Assembly: GCA_013115125.1 (NCBI GenBank)
Contig: JABANN010000157.1
Coordinates: 1-59,225, forward strand
Source: Perkinsus olseni
Taxonomy: Eukaryota
Reading direction: 5' to 3'
Length of the DNA: 59,225 nucleotides
Each line of letters begins with the position of its first letter. Position 1 is the first letter of the stretch. Under the pieces are notes generated by a model. The model had not been told where the DNA came from. It saw only the letters and a program-made list of their open reading frames with translations, and ran no database searches. The position numbers and the translations under genes are program-made. Below, piece after piece: positions 35,092-47,140 of this stretch.

Positions 35092-36421
35092 TTACTGTTG
35101 ATTGAGTAGAATTTTTCCTCCCGCCCGCACGACAGCACAAGGCAGAAGAACGTACCTCACGGACCACAAGCTTTTCGGACGGGAGCTCGACTCAGCATTG
35201 TCGTCGATCTCATACGAACTCATAGACCCAGAGCTGTAGGATCCGCTGGAAAGCTCCACATCTAAAGACGGGTGCTGTCCGAAACCTCTGAGGTGCCAGA
35301 GCGACGACGAACCCACCGTCATCTCCTTTGGGCTTCGGCTTATCCCGACGTGGCAAGACGTTCCACTGTCGAGTCTTCCTCTGTAGATCGTGTAAACTAA
35401 AAGGCCATGATAGTCCACGGGGTGCGAGCCCTGCCGGTTAGACCTACCATGCCTCTAAGCTCCCAGTAGCGCAATAATGCATCAGTGCCGACCGGAAGAT
35501 GGCGTGTTCAGCGCCCGGGTCTCGTATCAACCTGAAAGGAAGGGTCTTCCGTGACTGCTGTCCTTGTACGAGGCTGTACTTGGGGTATGTTCTGTTGAGC
35601 TTCTTGTTGTAGATCTCCATGAGGGCCCCAACTATCGCTTGGTACCTGACCAGATTCTTCAACAATCCTCGTGCCGAAATTTCAAAATCTATTGCGACTG
35701 AATGCTGCATCTTTCTCCTCACCGCTCAGGATCCTTATCCTTCGCTTTACACATCTCCTTCTGAGCCCACGCCTCGAAGCAGTTGAACACCCTCGGATCC
35801 CCCCGGCTCTGAGAATATCACGGTGCTCAACAGCGACGCGCGGACCGAGTCGTACGCCCAATCAAATTAGCCGATTAACCCCACCAACTACCGGATCCGG
35901 CACCCTTATCATGGCCTTCATTATGACCGATACGATCGCATCCTCCTCTTCCCGAGGGAGATCCGAGTTCTCAAGTATGTGGCAGAGGGCGCCCACTGTA
36001 CGTCTGATGAACAGCACATGACCTCCAGATGGGACAGCCTCACTCACCGTGGAAGTACTATCACGTTACCGTACAGGAGACTAAAGAACCGACTGTGGAG
36101 CGAACAAGAAACTATCAATCAGCACCGAAAGATTTAAGATTCCATCTCCGCCCTCCCTCGACACCCCCACCCCGGTATTACTTTCTCGCGCTCTCCGTGT
36201 CCGACCCCACCTCCGTACCTAGGAACGTAGCGTAGACCTAAACGAAGCGCTCCCTGGTCGAATGAAGAACGAAGGAGTCCTACTGCCGAGGAGGGTACGA
36301 GGGGTGGATGGTTGACCAACTTGTGGAAGGGAGCATAACCATCATCATCAGGTTGCCCGCCCAGTCCGGCAGAAGGCTTCTTCGTCCCGGGTTTGGGACC
36401 CGGCTTCTTACGGGGGCCCAT
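35092..36421 (-). CDS. Hypothetical protein, multi-exon, basic N-terminus (MGPRKKPGPKPGTKKP)
   Basis: In-phase splicing links ...ESARN|RFFSLLYGNVIVLPR|RTVGALCHILE... and continues into the 35444-35722 ORF. The 3' end is uncertain. Confidence 0.4.
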
Positions 36422-37739
36422 CGTGGAACCCTCAACAGCCGAGGGAACGCTGAAGAAACTAACTCCTACTTGAGGCTGCGGAAACACGGAATGGAGCTAG
36501 ACCTAACATGGTATCTTGTAGTCCGCGAGAGACTATGATCGACCTAAGATACCACGAAGAAGAATTAGAAGATAGCCAGAGCTAGCGATCCCGAATCTTG
36601 ATACACCCAACTAGGAACACAACAGCCGGACAGGTCGGACAACAAGCAGGACTACTGTACATGCGATCTGCTCATGGTGGAGGCCGCAACGAACTTAGCA
36701 CGAGGATAGACATTGTGGCTCCACCACAATGGCTTCCGCACTGCTGTTGGCTTGTGCATCTCGTAGGCACTACCGCAAGACCATTTGGCTGCAGCACTGG
36801 TCCGCACAGTGTCCTGAGTGCAGCACTCACGGCTAGCGATCGCTAACCGTCTTGTCTCCTACCAATTTGGAGCCAATCTCTGATATCACCCAGTGGGGTG
36901 CCTTCCCTCGTTTTGGTAACTACTTCAACTCTCCCACAAGGGGTACGACGTGAGCACTATACTACATCTGTATGGCGGGGACGGAACAGATCGAAACCGG
37001 CAGCCGCCCATTTGTTCCGCCTCTCGTAAAGGCTTCGGCTCGACAATCTCGCGTGTGTTAGAGTCCAGGGTTCCATCTGGTCCGTCACGTCATCAAAGCA
37101 ACCTGCTAGAGTATCGTACCACAGGCTGTGGTCCACAGCTTAGCGGTTTCGCGTCTCAAGTCAACAAACTCCTACGAAAAGTTGTGAGCGCGAATGTCAC
37201 CATGACAGCCACGAGGACCCCCGATGAGACTACCATCATAAGTCCATCCTTCGGTGAGCTCATTAACATCGGAATTCCTCGCACAGGATACCCTCGACAA
37301 AGGATGGCACCAGGCCGAAGGCATGTTGGAGCCCATGGACTTCACCAAATGGCTGAGCACATGAGAGCGGCTCTTATCAGACGGACACCATCACCATCAG
37401 CCTACTTCTTCGCCCGCTGTGGCCTGGGGAATATCTGCCCAGTAGTGCTGATACCGCAGCTCCTCGGTGCGTATCTAACCCCTCTCATGCTTTACACTCG
37501 CCGTCGGCTTGCTTACAAGGACTCCGGCTTCGGGTCCACGGGGCGTGTCACCGCTCGGGACGAGGTCATGAAGGACGAACAGTCGATGTGGTCCATGACG
37601 GAACGCGTAACAGTGACCCACTGAGAATTGCTGACCCGTATGATCAACTCGAAACGTCGAAAAAGGGACAACAACGATGATGGTAAAGTGGACATGATTC
37701 TAATATGAATAACAGCTTCTTGATACTACCAAGACATAG

Positions 37740-38668
37740 TCAGATGCACCGGCGGCCAAGGCAGAGCTTACGGTCAACATACTCATTGTGATCGGATAGC
37801 CACCTGTGGGGTATTCAACCACAACAGACTCGAGAGGAGTTTACCTCTGGCACGGCAAAGGGAAGAGCCTCATTAAGGCAGTGCCTTCCCGGTCCAGACT
37901 GTCCTGCAGGAGCATGAGAGCCTGGCTGCGGTGGGTTGGGCTTGTGATGACTCTCCACAGCGTTATGGCGACTGAGACAGCAGTAGGAATCTGCGGAAGG
38001 AGCCGAGGCCTTCGCCGGGCTACTGTCTTCTGTATGGGGCTCATCCAGCCGCGGTCTCTCAGTGACTTCAAACCCATAAGGCAAGGCCACCAGAAACCTG
38101 ATCGGAGCCTCGCAGGGCATATCCCAGCCCAAGGTTTTGGCTACATTATTGGCAGAAGCCAAACGTTGGTGAATGTGGTGATCATGAAAAGGACCGCCCT
38201 ACTCGAGTTGTAAGCTAGGCAAAGGCAGTAGGCAAAGGTCTTCAACATGAGTAAAACTGAAAGGACAGCATCGACGCGGGAGAGCCTCGGGCGAAGTGTA
38301 CCGGTGAGTTTGGCAGACTGCCAGGAGTCGAGGTCCCTTATGCGAGGGAAGGTCCGCAGGACGTCGAAAAGACCCCAGAAATTACACACAAGTGCCACTA
38401 ACATGAAGTTGAGCCATCGACAAGAGGCCAGCCCGGCCGCGTACAGGTAGACCTAAACGACTGCTTTGCTCGGCAGTTGATGATGGTGATGTCTTACCTC
38501 CAGTAAGGTGATCAGCATCAGAACTGTGAGCATGCTATTCCGCACAGCACGAGGCGGTTGGAGCTCGACGAAAGTCGTCCAAGCGAAGACGCCAAGCCCT
38601 AGGATGACGAGTAGCGTTAAGGCTACCATCGAGATGGACCAGATGGCCGCCCCTCCAGAGGCTGCCAT
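37740..38668 (-). CDS. Hypothetical multi-pass membrane protein, multi-exon
   Basis: Hydrophobic helices across exons (IWSISMVALTLLVILGLGVFAW; LTVLMLITLLE|VYLYAAG; FMLVALVCNFWGLF; VLFMITTFTNVWLLPIM|FLVALPYG); ends ...GRRCI*. Confidence 0.65.
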
Positions 38669-40437
38669 CAATAAAGGAAAACTTAACTACTACGGTGAAG
38701 TTATGACAGTAGAATAGAGAATGTGCGCAACGTCATTAGCGCTCGCCCGAAATTTCGTGGAAGTGTGGTAGTCAACTATTGGCTCGAGTAAACTTTCCTA
38801 TGGCACGCTGTGGTCACTCCAACTTTCTTATAGAGGCCGTCCCTTGGCTACAGGTGAGGCGTCGGCTCATTAATAAAACCATACCATCTGTCTCCCTACT
38901 CCCACAATCTTTACGGGCCCCTGTGCCTTCGAACCCGTGCCAAGGCTTGTTGTTGAGACGGCTTCGCGACGGCCAAGCCCGGCTGCGTTCTCAGGACCAG
39001 TACTGGCGAGAGTGCATGGGACGGGAGCAATGGCAGCACTACTACCATCCGCTCAACACACGCGTCGAAAGGCCTACTTACGAGGGCCTCAACACAACAT
39101 CAGTAAACCAGTGGTCTCGAAGACATTCTGAATTCGCCTTCAGGTGGATTTCCTCGCCAAGCCGTGGTTGGTATTGGGCAAGCTGCAGACCAGCCCTGCT
39201 GGCAAACAGTGTTTTTACCTCACCGAGCCCTCAGCCAGCCGTAGGCGTCACCCGGCACGGTCGCTTCGGATGCGTTCGCCCCTGCTCAGCATTCGAACCC
39301 CGACCACCTCATCTTCGCAGAACTAATAGTGGCCTTCCATGCAGCTCTCGTCGATCGAGGTCTATTAAGGGACAGAGGAGCAGCGGAAGCTCCTCGACGA
39401 CGAGCAAGTCCTCTATTAACTCTGCCCGGTGAATCTTTCTCCCCGCGCTGAGCACGCTTCAACCTATGATACCGCTCCCTTTCAGTTTGCTCGCCAGGAG
39501 TGTGTCGCAGCCCGACATACCAAGTTTTCAGCGAATCATGAATAAGTGATCTGCAATCTACCAACTACTCACTAGTGTCGACTCATGATACCATTCTGCT
39601 GTGCTGTGTGCTCATGCTCTCGCTTGCGTTGCTAGTTGGACGAGCACATCATCTACCATGACGTTGCAGCCCCTGGTTGCACCGCCCCAGAACAGCGTCA
39701 TCGTCCCTGCCCCCTACGACCCTAGGGTGGCTAAAGACGAGCCATTCCACGTTACCCTCATCGCGACGTGTGACGAGGCAGAAGTCGGGGCACGCAATGG
39801 CTTCACAGTCATCGCAATGAGTATATGTTTCGAAAAGATATGCGGTAGCATTCGCGACCATTGCACACGTGAAAGATACTCCTAGACATTTTTCCCCAAC
39901 ACACCGTACTGGAGGCAACTCAACAGCCCATCGGCAATAAACCGGCAGAGGACTGCTGCAGCGGCGGCGGCGGCTACAGAAATAGTGGCACTAACGAAGA
40001 TCGTATTAACTGGGACTAATACCTATCACCATCACAATAACAGAAGCCTACTGCGACTACTGGTGATGATGATAGCAACAGCAACAGCAGGAGAAATTGA
40101 CTCGCTAATAGGATGGTCATGGCTACAGACTAGCTACAGACTAGTTAGTTGCACCACCAAAAATAGGAAAAAGGCAATGACTGGGTAATACTGAAATAAA
40201 GGACGAATAATGGCAATAGTATACAGCGATGACAGATCGCTGGTAGGAGAAAAAACGGAGCCTGTTGCGTTCGATAAGGCAACAACACCGCGAGAAAAAC
40301 CCCAAGTGGTGGAGGAGAAGGAGGAGGACTCGAGCAGTCAATTAGCGCTCAGAGGGAGCAACTGTTGCTTCCCTGGAGCCTGCTGGGTACTTCACAAACA
40401 CAGGCCAATAACAAAAAAAGCAAACACACGACCATCA

Positions 40438-41775
40438 CTATTGATACGGGCGTCCAGCCGGCGAGGTTCGAGCTCTAGTGGGCTCCGGCAAAAGGCCACC
40501 CAGGGAGATTATCGACGACGACGAGGGTTCCATGCCAATGCCACAACTAGCATACCTAGTGGCCTCTCCCGGAACTCGGAGTGGCTGCAGATTTTGACCA
40601 AGCCGAAACAGCGGCCTCATTGCTGGGTTCTTCGGCAGTGTAGCTGAGGTGAAGTGTTGCATCAGAGCCTCCTTGCCCTGGATACGGGCGTAACTTAGGT
40701 CGCATATTTTTTTAGAATTGTTGAAGTTCTTCCAGCCAGCGCCATGAAACGCCCTGTAGAACGCCATGATGCGCGCGGGGTCGATGAAGTTGATGAAGGC
40801 GTAGCCGACGTTGCAGCGATTGCGCAGATCGATAGGCAAATAGAAAAAATCGTATCTCTGAGGGGACACGTCGTCGATCATCTGAAGCATCCGCTGCTGG
40901 GTTAACTTATTGGGGATGTTTTTTATCATTATAGTAGTCCGAGGGTCCTTCCAGCAACCTTCAGGATTCACGCTGTAATCCTCACGACCCTCTCCACCGT
41001 CGAGAAGCATCGTGTAAGGCGTAGGCCCAGATGCTACTCTGGTAGGGAGAGGTGGGGGCGGCGGTGACAACGAAGACATCCGAGGGACCCTATCTAACAG
41101 CACTGGAGGGGCAGCCACATCAACCAGGCTCGTGATGCCAAAGTCAGCGCCTATTAAACTGCTAGTGACGGTGGATGCCGAACCAGGGTCGCTAACCCCC
41201 GGGCCCACCCCTATCTTCCTCTGAGCCTCGCGCATCGACCGAGCAGCTCGGCAGTCGAAAAACTGGATCAGCAACTTCAAGTCCGTACCAGCATCCCCCG
41301 GCGGTGACGAGATATTCGCCATGTCACCGTACTGGCTCGGGTCCGCTACTGCAAGATCTTCCGCAGGCACGCTAACAAAGTAGTTCTCTTGATCGTGGCT
41401 CTCTGACCAAAGGACTTCCCAGGCCTCCTCCCCAAGCATGTAATAATGGTCAAAAGCCTTCTCAGCGTTCCTGGTGTCGAAGTAGCAGGCAGTGATGACA
41501 CCAAGCTCTCGCCAATGTTGAAAATCCAGCTTCTGAACGTCGCCAAAACTTAGTAATCGGGCGACGATAGACTTCAGCTCAGGTGGCGGACCATGTGACA
41601 GCTGATGGTAGTTACGACCAGCCTCCTCACCACTCGTGTACCGAAGTACGAAACTGTTACGGACGACCGGAGGGGTGAACGCTGGTTGAGGAGTTGGTGG
41701 TGTTATGGTAGTAGAAGTTGCAAGACCAGGACTGCTGCTGCCAACAGCAGCACGGACACCGGAGAAGAAAGTCAT
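40438..41775 (-). CDS. Mei2-like RNA-binding protein (RRM3/RRM_2), intronless
   Basis: DPRTTIMIKNIPNK..YDFFYLPIDLRNRCNVGYAFINF..KKICDLSYARIQGKEALMQHF, plus two degenerate N-terminal RRMs (FGDV..YFDTRNA; YGDM..FFDCRAA). Confidence 0.92.
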   Translation of the reverse strand: MTFFSGVRAAVGSSSPGLATSTTITPPTPQPAFTPPVVRNSFVLRYTSGEEAGRNYHQLSHGPPPELKSIVARLLSFGDVQKLDFQHWRELGVITACYFDTRNAEKAFDHYYMLGEEAWEVLWSESHDQENYFVSVPAEDLAVADPSQYGDMANISSPPGDAGTDLKLLIQFFDCRAARSMREAQRKIGVGPGVSDPGSASTVTSSLIGADFGITSLVDVAAPPVLLDRVPRMSSLSPPPPPLPTRVASGPTPYTMLLDGGEGREDYSVNPEGCWKDPRTTIMIKNIPNKLTQQRMLQMIDDVSPQRYDFFYLPIDLRNRCNVGYAFINFIDPARIMAFYRAFHGAGWKNFNNSKKICDLSYARIQGKEALMQHFTSATLPKNPAMRPLFRLGQNLQPLRVPGEATRYASCGIGMEPSSSSIISLGGLLPEPTRARTSPAGRPYQ

Positions 41776-44700
41776 CACCAAAAAAAGCTGACCATCCTGA
41801 TTCACCCTTCAAGCCTTTCCAACGCGAATCTTGGTGAGATGTCAACAACCCATGGTACTCTCGATTACATGCACCCACGTCTCGAGCTGCTCGACGTCCT
41901 CGCCTGGCCTCCCTTCATTAGAAAAAGTCTCGTCAAAAATCGCCCCTAATTTCAACGCCTTCCTCGCGGTACACAGCGCCTTGCTCTGTTGCAATATCAT
42001 AGTACTAAACAGCAGTGTGCATGGATGCCAAGTCATACCAACTTTTCCCCTACCCGCAGCCTAGAATCCGTCTGGCGTTAAGCCGATGGGCGTGGACCAG
42101 CATCGTCAGGGCCTTATGGACCTTAACACAAGACTTCCCGTCCTATCGGCTACTCCCTGCCTTACAATATAGTGCTCCTCATGAGGTATCACTTGCCGCT
42201 CGAGAAACGACGGACCCCCGAGAGTCTCTGGTAGGACCTAGAACCGCAGAGCCTGATAGCAGCAGCACCGAACCGCACGTTCCGGAACACACTCTACTTT
42301 AAATGAACTAGCTATATAATGAAGTGCTCATTCCATAGTATAATACCGCCTAGAAAAGACAGACTGGAGAGTAAGCCTGATGGACCGAAACTATGATAAT
42401 TTTGGGTAGCATGTTGATGATCGCTGACAGGCACGTACCATCGGTGGACCGGAGCAACAATCAAGACGACGCTCGATGGCTTTTCAAGGCAAACAGCACG
42501 GTCCCGCGTCCCCCCTACCCCTCCCTGAATGGCCAACTTGGTCAGCTTCTCCGAAACCGCGATCAAAGCGTCCGTCTCTCCGGTGATGCGCGCCTCAGCG
42601 AGAGCATTGCAGACGACTTGCATCATCAACCTCAACGTTAGAGTTGCTTTCACCAGCCACTTCCGCGTATCATCCAGCTGAACCGAATCTGATGCAGTCG
42701 GGATGACGATTACTAAGTGCTGTTGAAGCACCTTCGCTGCCACATTTGCGGCATTTGAAGACCCCGTCCATCTTCACGCAAGCCCCGCCATCACACAAAG
42801 GACACTGGAAGCTCTCCCAGTCGCTGAGACCTTTCTGAAATACACAGACGACGTCATACAGGCCAGCGGGATGCCGCCAAGGGCGCCACCCCTAAGGGTT
42901 AGAGAAGACTCCACGCTGCCTCAGCAATACCAAACCATACCATCGTCATGGCGCATGACGATGCCGAGGATGATGTTGAACGGTTCTAGTCTTGCTGTCG
43001 GTCCCACTGTACTTTTCTGGCAGTTCGACGGCGTTCGCTTTGGACGGAGTTCCCCCCAGCACACCCATCGGTAGTACCACTTCATCCTGACATCGATCGC
43101 ACATACAGAGGAAGTGCTTTTCCTTCAGCATTCGGTCGCGTCTTTCGCCCACGCTGTCAAAAAACGGCGATGTCGCGAACCTGATCACACTGCTATTGCG
43201 ATGCTCGTCAAGGCCTCGGCAGCTAGAACCGGCCCTAATGTGGAGGAGGCCAAGCCGAGAGAACCGAACACGATGCCGGCGAAGAGTGGTATGAGAAGTA
43301 TTACAGCAAATGGTGACCAAAGTAGCACATGCAGAGCTGCTCCCCGGCCATCACTGGCCGCACTGTCACCGCCGTCAACTGGGGACCTTGGAAGAAAGAC
43401 CACCACTACCGCTCTTCCCTCACTGTCACTACTGGCGTCGATGGTCTCGGGGTTGTAGGTCGATATCGACACATTAGGCATGCAGCTGTGATTGAGCAGG
43501 CTGGCTACCAGGAAGACGCAGGTGGCAGCACCGAGACAGGGTACGCCGCCACGACTGATGGTGTTCTTGAAGGAGTTCAAGGCAATGCACTCGCTGACTG
43601 TAGCCATCTCTCTTATCTGACAACATCGCGTCCGCAGGCCTGACCCTATCTCAAGACCGATGGCCAAGCTGCATCCATGCAGATGGCTACAGATGGCGGA
43701 CGACTATGATAATAGAAACATTCCAACATATCAGCGCTGGGCTACCCCCTGCGTTCTGATGACGCCATCAGAGGCCTCAAGTACCACCTCCTGTTCGAGA
43801 ACGCAGTCTGTGGGTTCACAACCACCCCACAGGATGACGATCCACCAGCGCACATCAGCCCGTCAGGTCTACCTCCCTGTCGCTGTGATTCCGTCGGAAT
43901 TCCCGGAACGTGTCGATAAAGTCACGACAGAGGGCCTCACTCGGTGCTGAGAGCAAGTACTCTCACCATTACACGAGGCAGACCCCCACCCTCACCTTCT
44001 TCCTCATCGTCAAACACCTCCATGACCGACCTCCAGGCTGCCGGCCGGGCCAGCCACTTCGACGATTGTTCATGCGAGAAGAAATGCGAGAACGAGTCAA
44101 TGTCATCCCTGATGCCTTCAGGCAAGTCGTCCACAGCATCACCCATACGCGGATACAGGTACTGAGCTACGGCGGTGACGGCTAGGTCAGTCGGAGGGCC
44201 TACCTGCCGAAGCTTCCTCGCGTCCGAGAAGTAATGCATGATCCACAGAAGGTTGTCCAGCGTACCAGCCACGGTACAGTCTCTGAGAAGGCACCGAAGA
44301 AATACAGCTGTATCTGCACCTAGCCACATTTTCTCCAAATACCGGCGCTACCGGGTCTCCGGGCGTATCCGTACATATTGAATTTAACGCCCCGAATGGA
44401 GCGAGGAAGTTCTGTGCTGAGAGGAACTCCCAGCCTACTGCCCTCGTGGTACGGGAGATCTCAGAACCAAAGCTGTCAGCGGGGAGGCATCGGCGCCGGA
44501 TTTTGAGCAAGAGAGAGTACTTCAAAACACCACAGCCGAGATACTCATCCCCCGCGTGACGACCGAGCCCTCGAGGTGACGATCGAGGTCACCCACGACC
44601 CTCATGGACTTCCTCCGAGCGAGATTGGTGGACTCCCTACCGATGGGGTTGTATGATGACAGCTGGCTCCTCCTCCAGTAAAACACAACCTTCGGGAATA

Positions 44701-44950
44701 TCCTCAACTGCATACAAGCCCATACCACACGTCGAGTTAAAACGGACCTATAGACGTCACTACGACAGAGACTGTCAGCCCAACTTACTTCAAAACAATC
44801 AGCCAATGTCTTCACCCGAGGCCTCAGGGTGGACTTCGTGTGTCCCGGCACCCCTGGCAGGAGCTTCTCGAACCCCCTCGGCAGGTCGCACGCGTCACCA
44901 GCAGCATCGCTCCGGACCGGTGTCTTCGAACGCGCCTTCTTCTTCGGCAT
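41657..44950 (-). CDS. SET-domain (SMYD-like) protein lysine methyltransferase, multi-exon; 3' end uncertain
   Basis: IALNSF...VFLVASLLNHSCMPN and post-SET ERRDRMLKEKHFLCMCDRC; helical C-terminal exons; start at MPKKKARSK. Confidence 0.8.
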
Positions 44951-45071
44951 AACGACAGAGTGACTGCTGGTGCTGCTGCTGGCCTCCCCTCCCCACTCAA
45001 CACAGCGGAGCGAAGCAAAAAGTGTAATTATTCTCATAGTGTTTGTATCATGAGGTTAGGAGCCCCCAGAC

Positions 45072-45853
45072 TCAAGGGAAGGTCTTCTTAGTCATGATAT
45101 TGTAGAAATCTTCGGCGCTGATCTCCCCATCACCATTGCCTGACCCAGAACGCCCTGAATGAATGCGCCCCTCGAGGAACCCTCACTGTCGGCCCTCTCG
45201 ATCATTTCCCTCAGCTCCTCGTCGGTCATAGTCTGATGGACAGCGGGGATGCACTGATGAGATCATCCCAGCCCGGCCTACCTCCCCGAGCTCCTTGGCA
45301 ACTCGGCGGAGATTCTTGATGGTGATCGTACCTGCAGGGGAGGGCAAGCACGTCATCATCACCCTTGCAACCCTCTTACCCGTCTTGTCATCATCAAAAA
45401 GGTTGAATATCCTCATGATCCCCTCACGAGACTCCTTGTCGCCCTGACAGCCCACAGAAGGACACCTTCCCACCACCCCACACTCACCAGTTTGTTGGTG
45501 ATGCTGTCCAGGAACTCCTCAAAATCAACGGCACCATTGCTCTCCTTCTCGAGATCAGCGATCATCTACCGCAGGGCTGGCCATAACCACTCCCGAAAAC
45601 CATCTCACTTGGTAGATCGTAGGATTCTTAGACTCGAACCCGAGGCTCTGCATGGCCGCCTTCAGCTCCTTCGGGTCGATCGTCCCGCTGCCATCGGTGT
45701 CGAACAAATTGAAGGCCTCCCGGATCTCATCGATCTCATCCTGACAAGCCACTGTTGCCCTGCCGCCCACCCCCCTACCTCAGTCATGCCGGGCCTCTCG
45801 TAGGTCGGCTTACGACGGCCACCAGCAGCGGGACTAGCACGAGCTCGGTTCAT
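45072..45853 (-). CDS. Centrin/caltractin (alveolate ICL1e-like), 7 exons
   Basis: [43 protein letters not shown]..|..[60 protein letters not shown]; four EF-hands. Confidence 0.95.
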
Positions 45854-45979
45854 CAATAACAATGAGCGATAGCCTAGCAGCCACCATTGACGTGAGCACT
45901 CAACCCAACAGGGTTCGGCGATAAAACGGTCAAATATACCGGACGAATTACTGACAACTTCACGCAAACACAACTGAGG

Positions 45980-46890
45980 TCAGCCGCCGCCGTCGGCAGC
46001 AGCAGCCGTTGCCCCTTCTCGGATGGCCAACAGCTCCTGGGCTTTGTCCATCAGTGATAGGGACTGACTTCGAATGCACGCCAACTCGAGGCGAGAGAGT
46101 TTGGTAACCTGAAGGAGAGTCGGAAGGGGTGTGTGTTACTGAGAGGAGGGGGAAGGATGGTACGTCCAGATTAGCAACGTCAGTGTCGAGCATCTTGATG
46201 CCTTCTCGTATCTTGTGGCGTCTTATATCCAGGATGTCTGGGAAATATGGTACGGCACTATCTACACGTTCGTACATTACCTTCCAATAAAACCCTGATT
46301 TCAGCCTGCGCCTGTGGTCCTCCCAAGGCGTCCTGCGACCCTGCAGCCACCTCCCCTCCGTTGGCACCTTTCGTCAGCCAAGGTCGCTGATTCAGCAGTA
46401 TCTGTCACCACATCAAGTATCCAAGGTCGACCCTAGTCACTTACATGGGCCAGCTCGAGGTAATGCTCGTGTACATCAGTAAACTCATCAGCCGGCAGCC
46501 GCCGCTCTTCAGCCAACTGCTGCCGCAAGTGAGTAGCCTTCAACCACTCCGGCGCTTCAATAGAACACCTCCCATCGGAAGAGGTCTTTCAAACGACAGC
46601 AGCGGACGAGCTTTACCGATTGGTCCTTTCCAGATGCAATGCCAGCCACAAGGGGACGTCAGTCGGCATGTGAGGGCTAAAAGGGCCCACTACTCCCGAG
46701 AACAACTCCCATCTCGCTCCGAACGTCGTGAAGAAGGCCGAGGGCACCACCGTCACCTAGCCATCATCAAGAGGAGAAGCTACCACCGACCACCTCCCCC
46801 TACTGGTGTATCTAACGCCTCGAACTCCTCATTGCCGATCATGGCCGCCCTCCGTATCAAATCGACATCACAGATCCGGATCTGGTCCAT
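45980..46890 (-). CDS. PSF2: GINS complex subunit 2 (Psf2), multi-exon
   Basis: PHMPTDVPLWLALHL, APEWL, EERRLP..F..V.EHYLELA, DILDIRRHKIREG, TKLSRLELACIR match the Psf2 pattern. Confidence 0.85.
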
Positions 46891-47140
46891 GGAAGGGAGG
46901 GGCCAATAACAAGACTGTCAACCGTCACCAACGGTGACTCACCGTCCCCTCGCTACCGAACCAACGATGGCTTAGCCTTTAGACGCTCTAAACTCGGCAG
47001 AAATGTGGCCCTGTGGACGAGACAGAAACCGAAGATCAGTTAAGCGACTAGGGTTAAAAAATTGAAGGCTGATGATGATCGCAAGGTCAAGCACAGATCC
47101 CGCAGATTCATGTTAAACCATGTGCAAGCAGATCGCCGCG

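Noticed and set aside
36598-37700. Plus-strand ORF 36950-37624 and neighbours
   Set aside because: Non-ATG start, no recognisable motif and no convincing splice structure.
38779-40190. ORFs 38779-39432, 39286-39564 and 39601-39885
   Set aside because: No family signal and no consistent exon chain; may be decayed sequence but cannot be supported.
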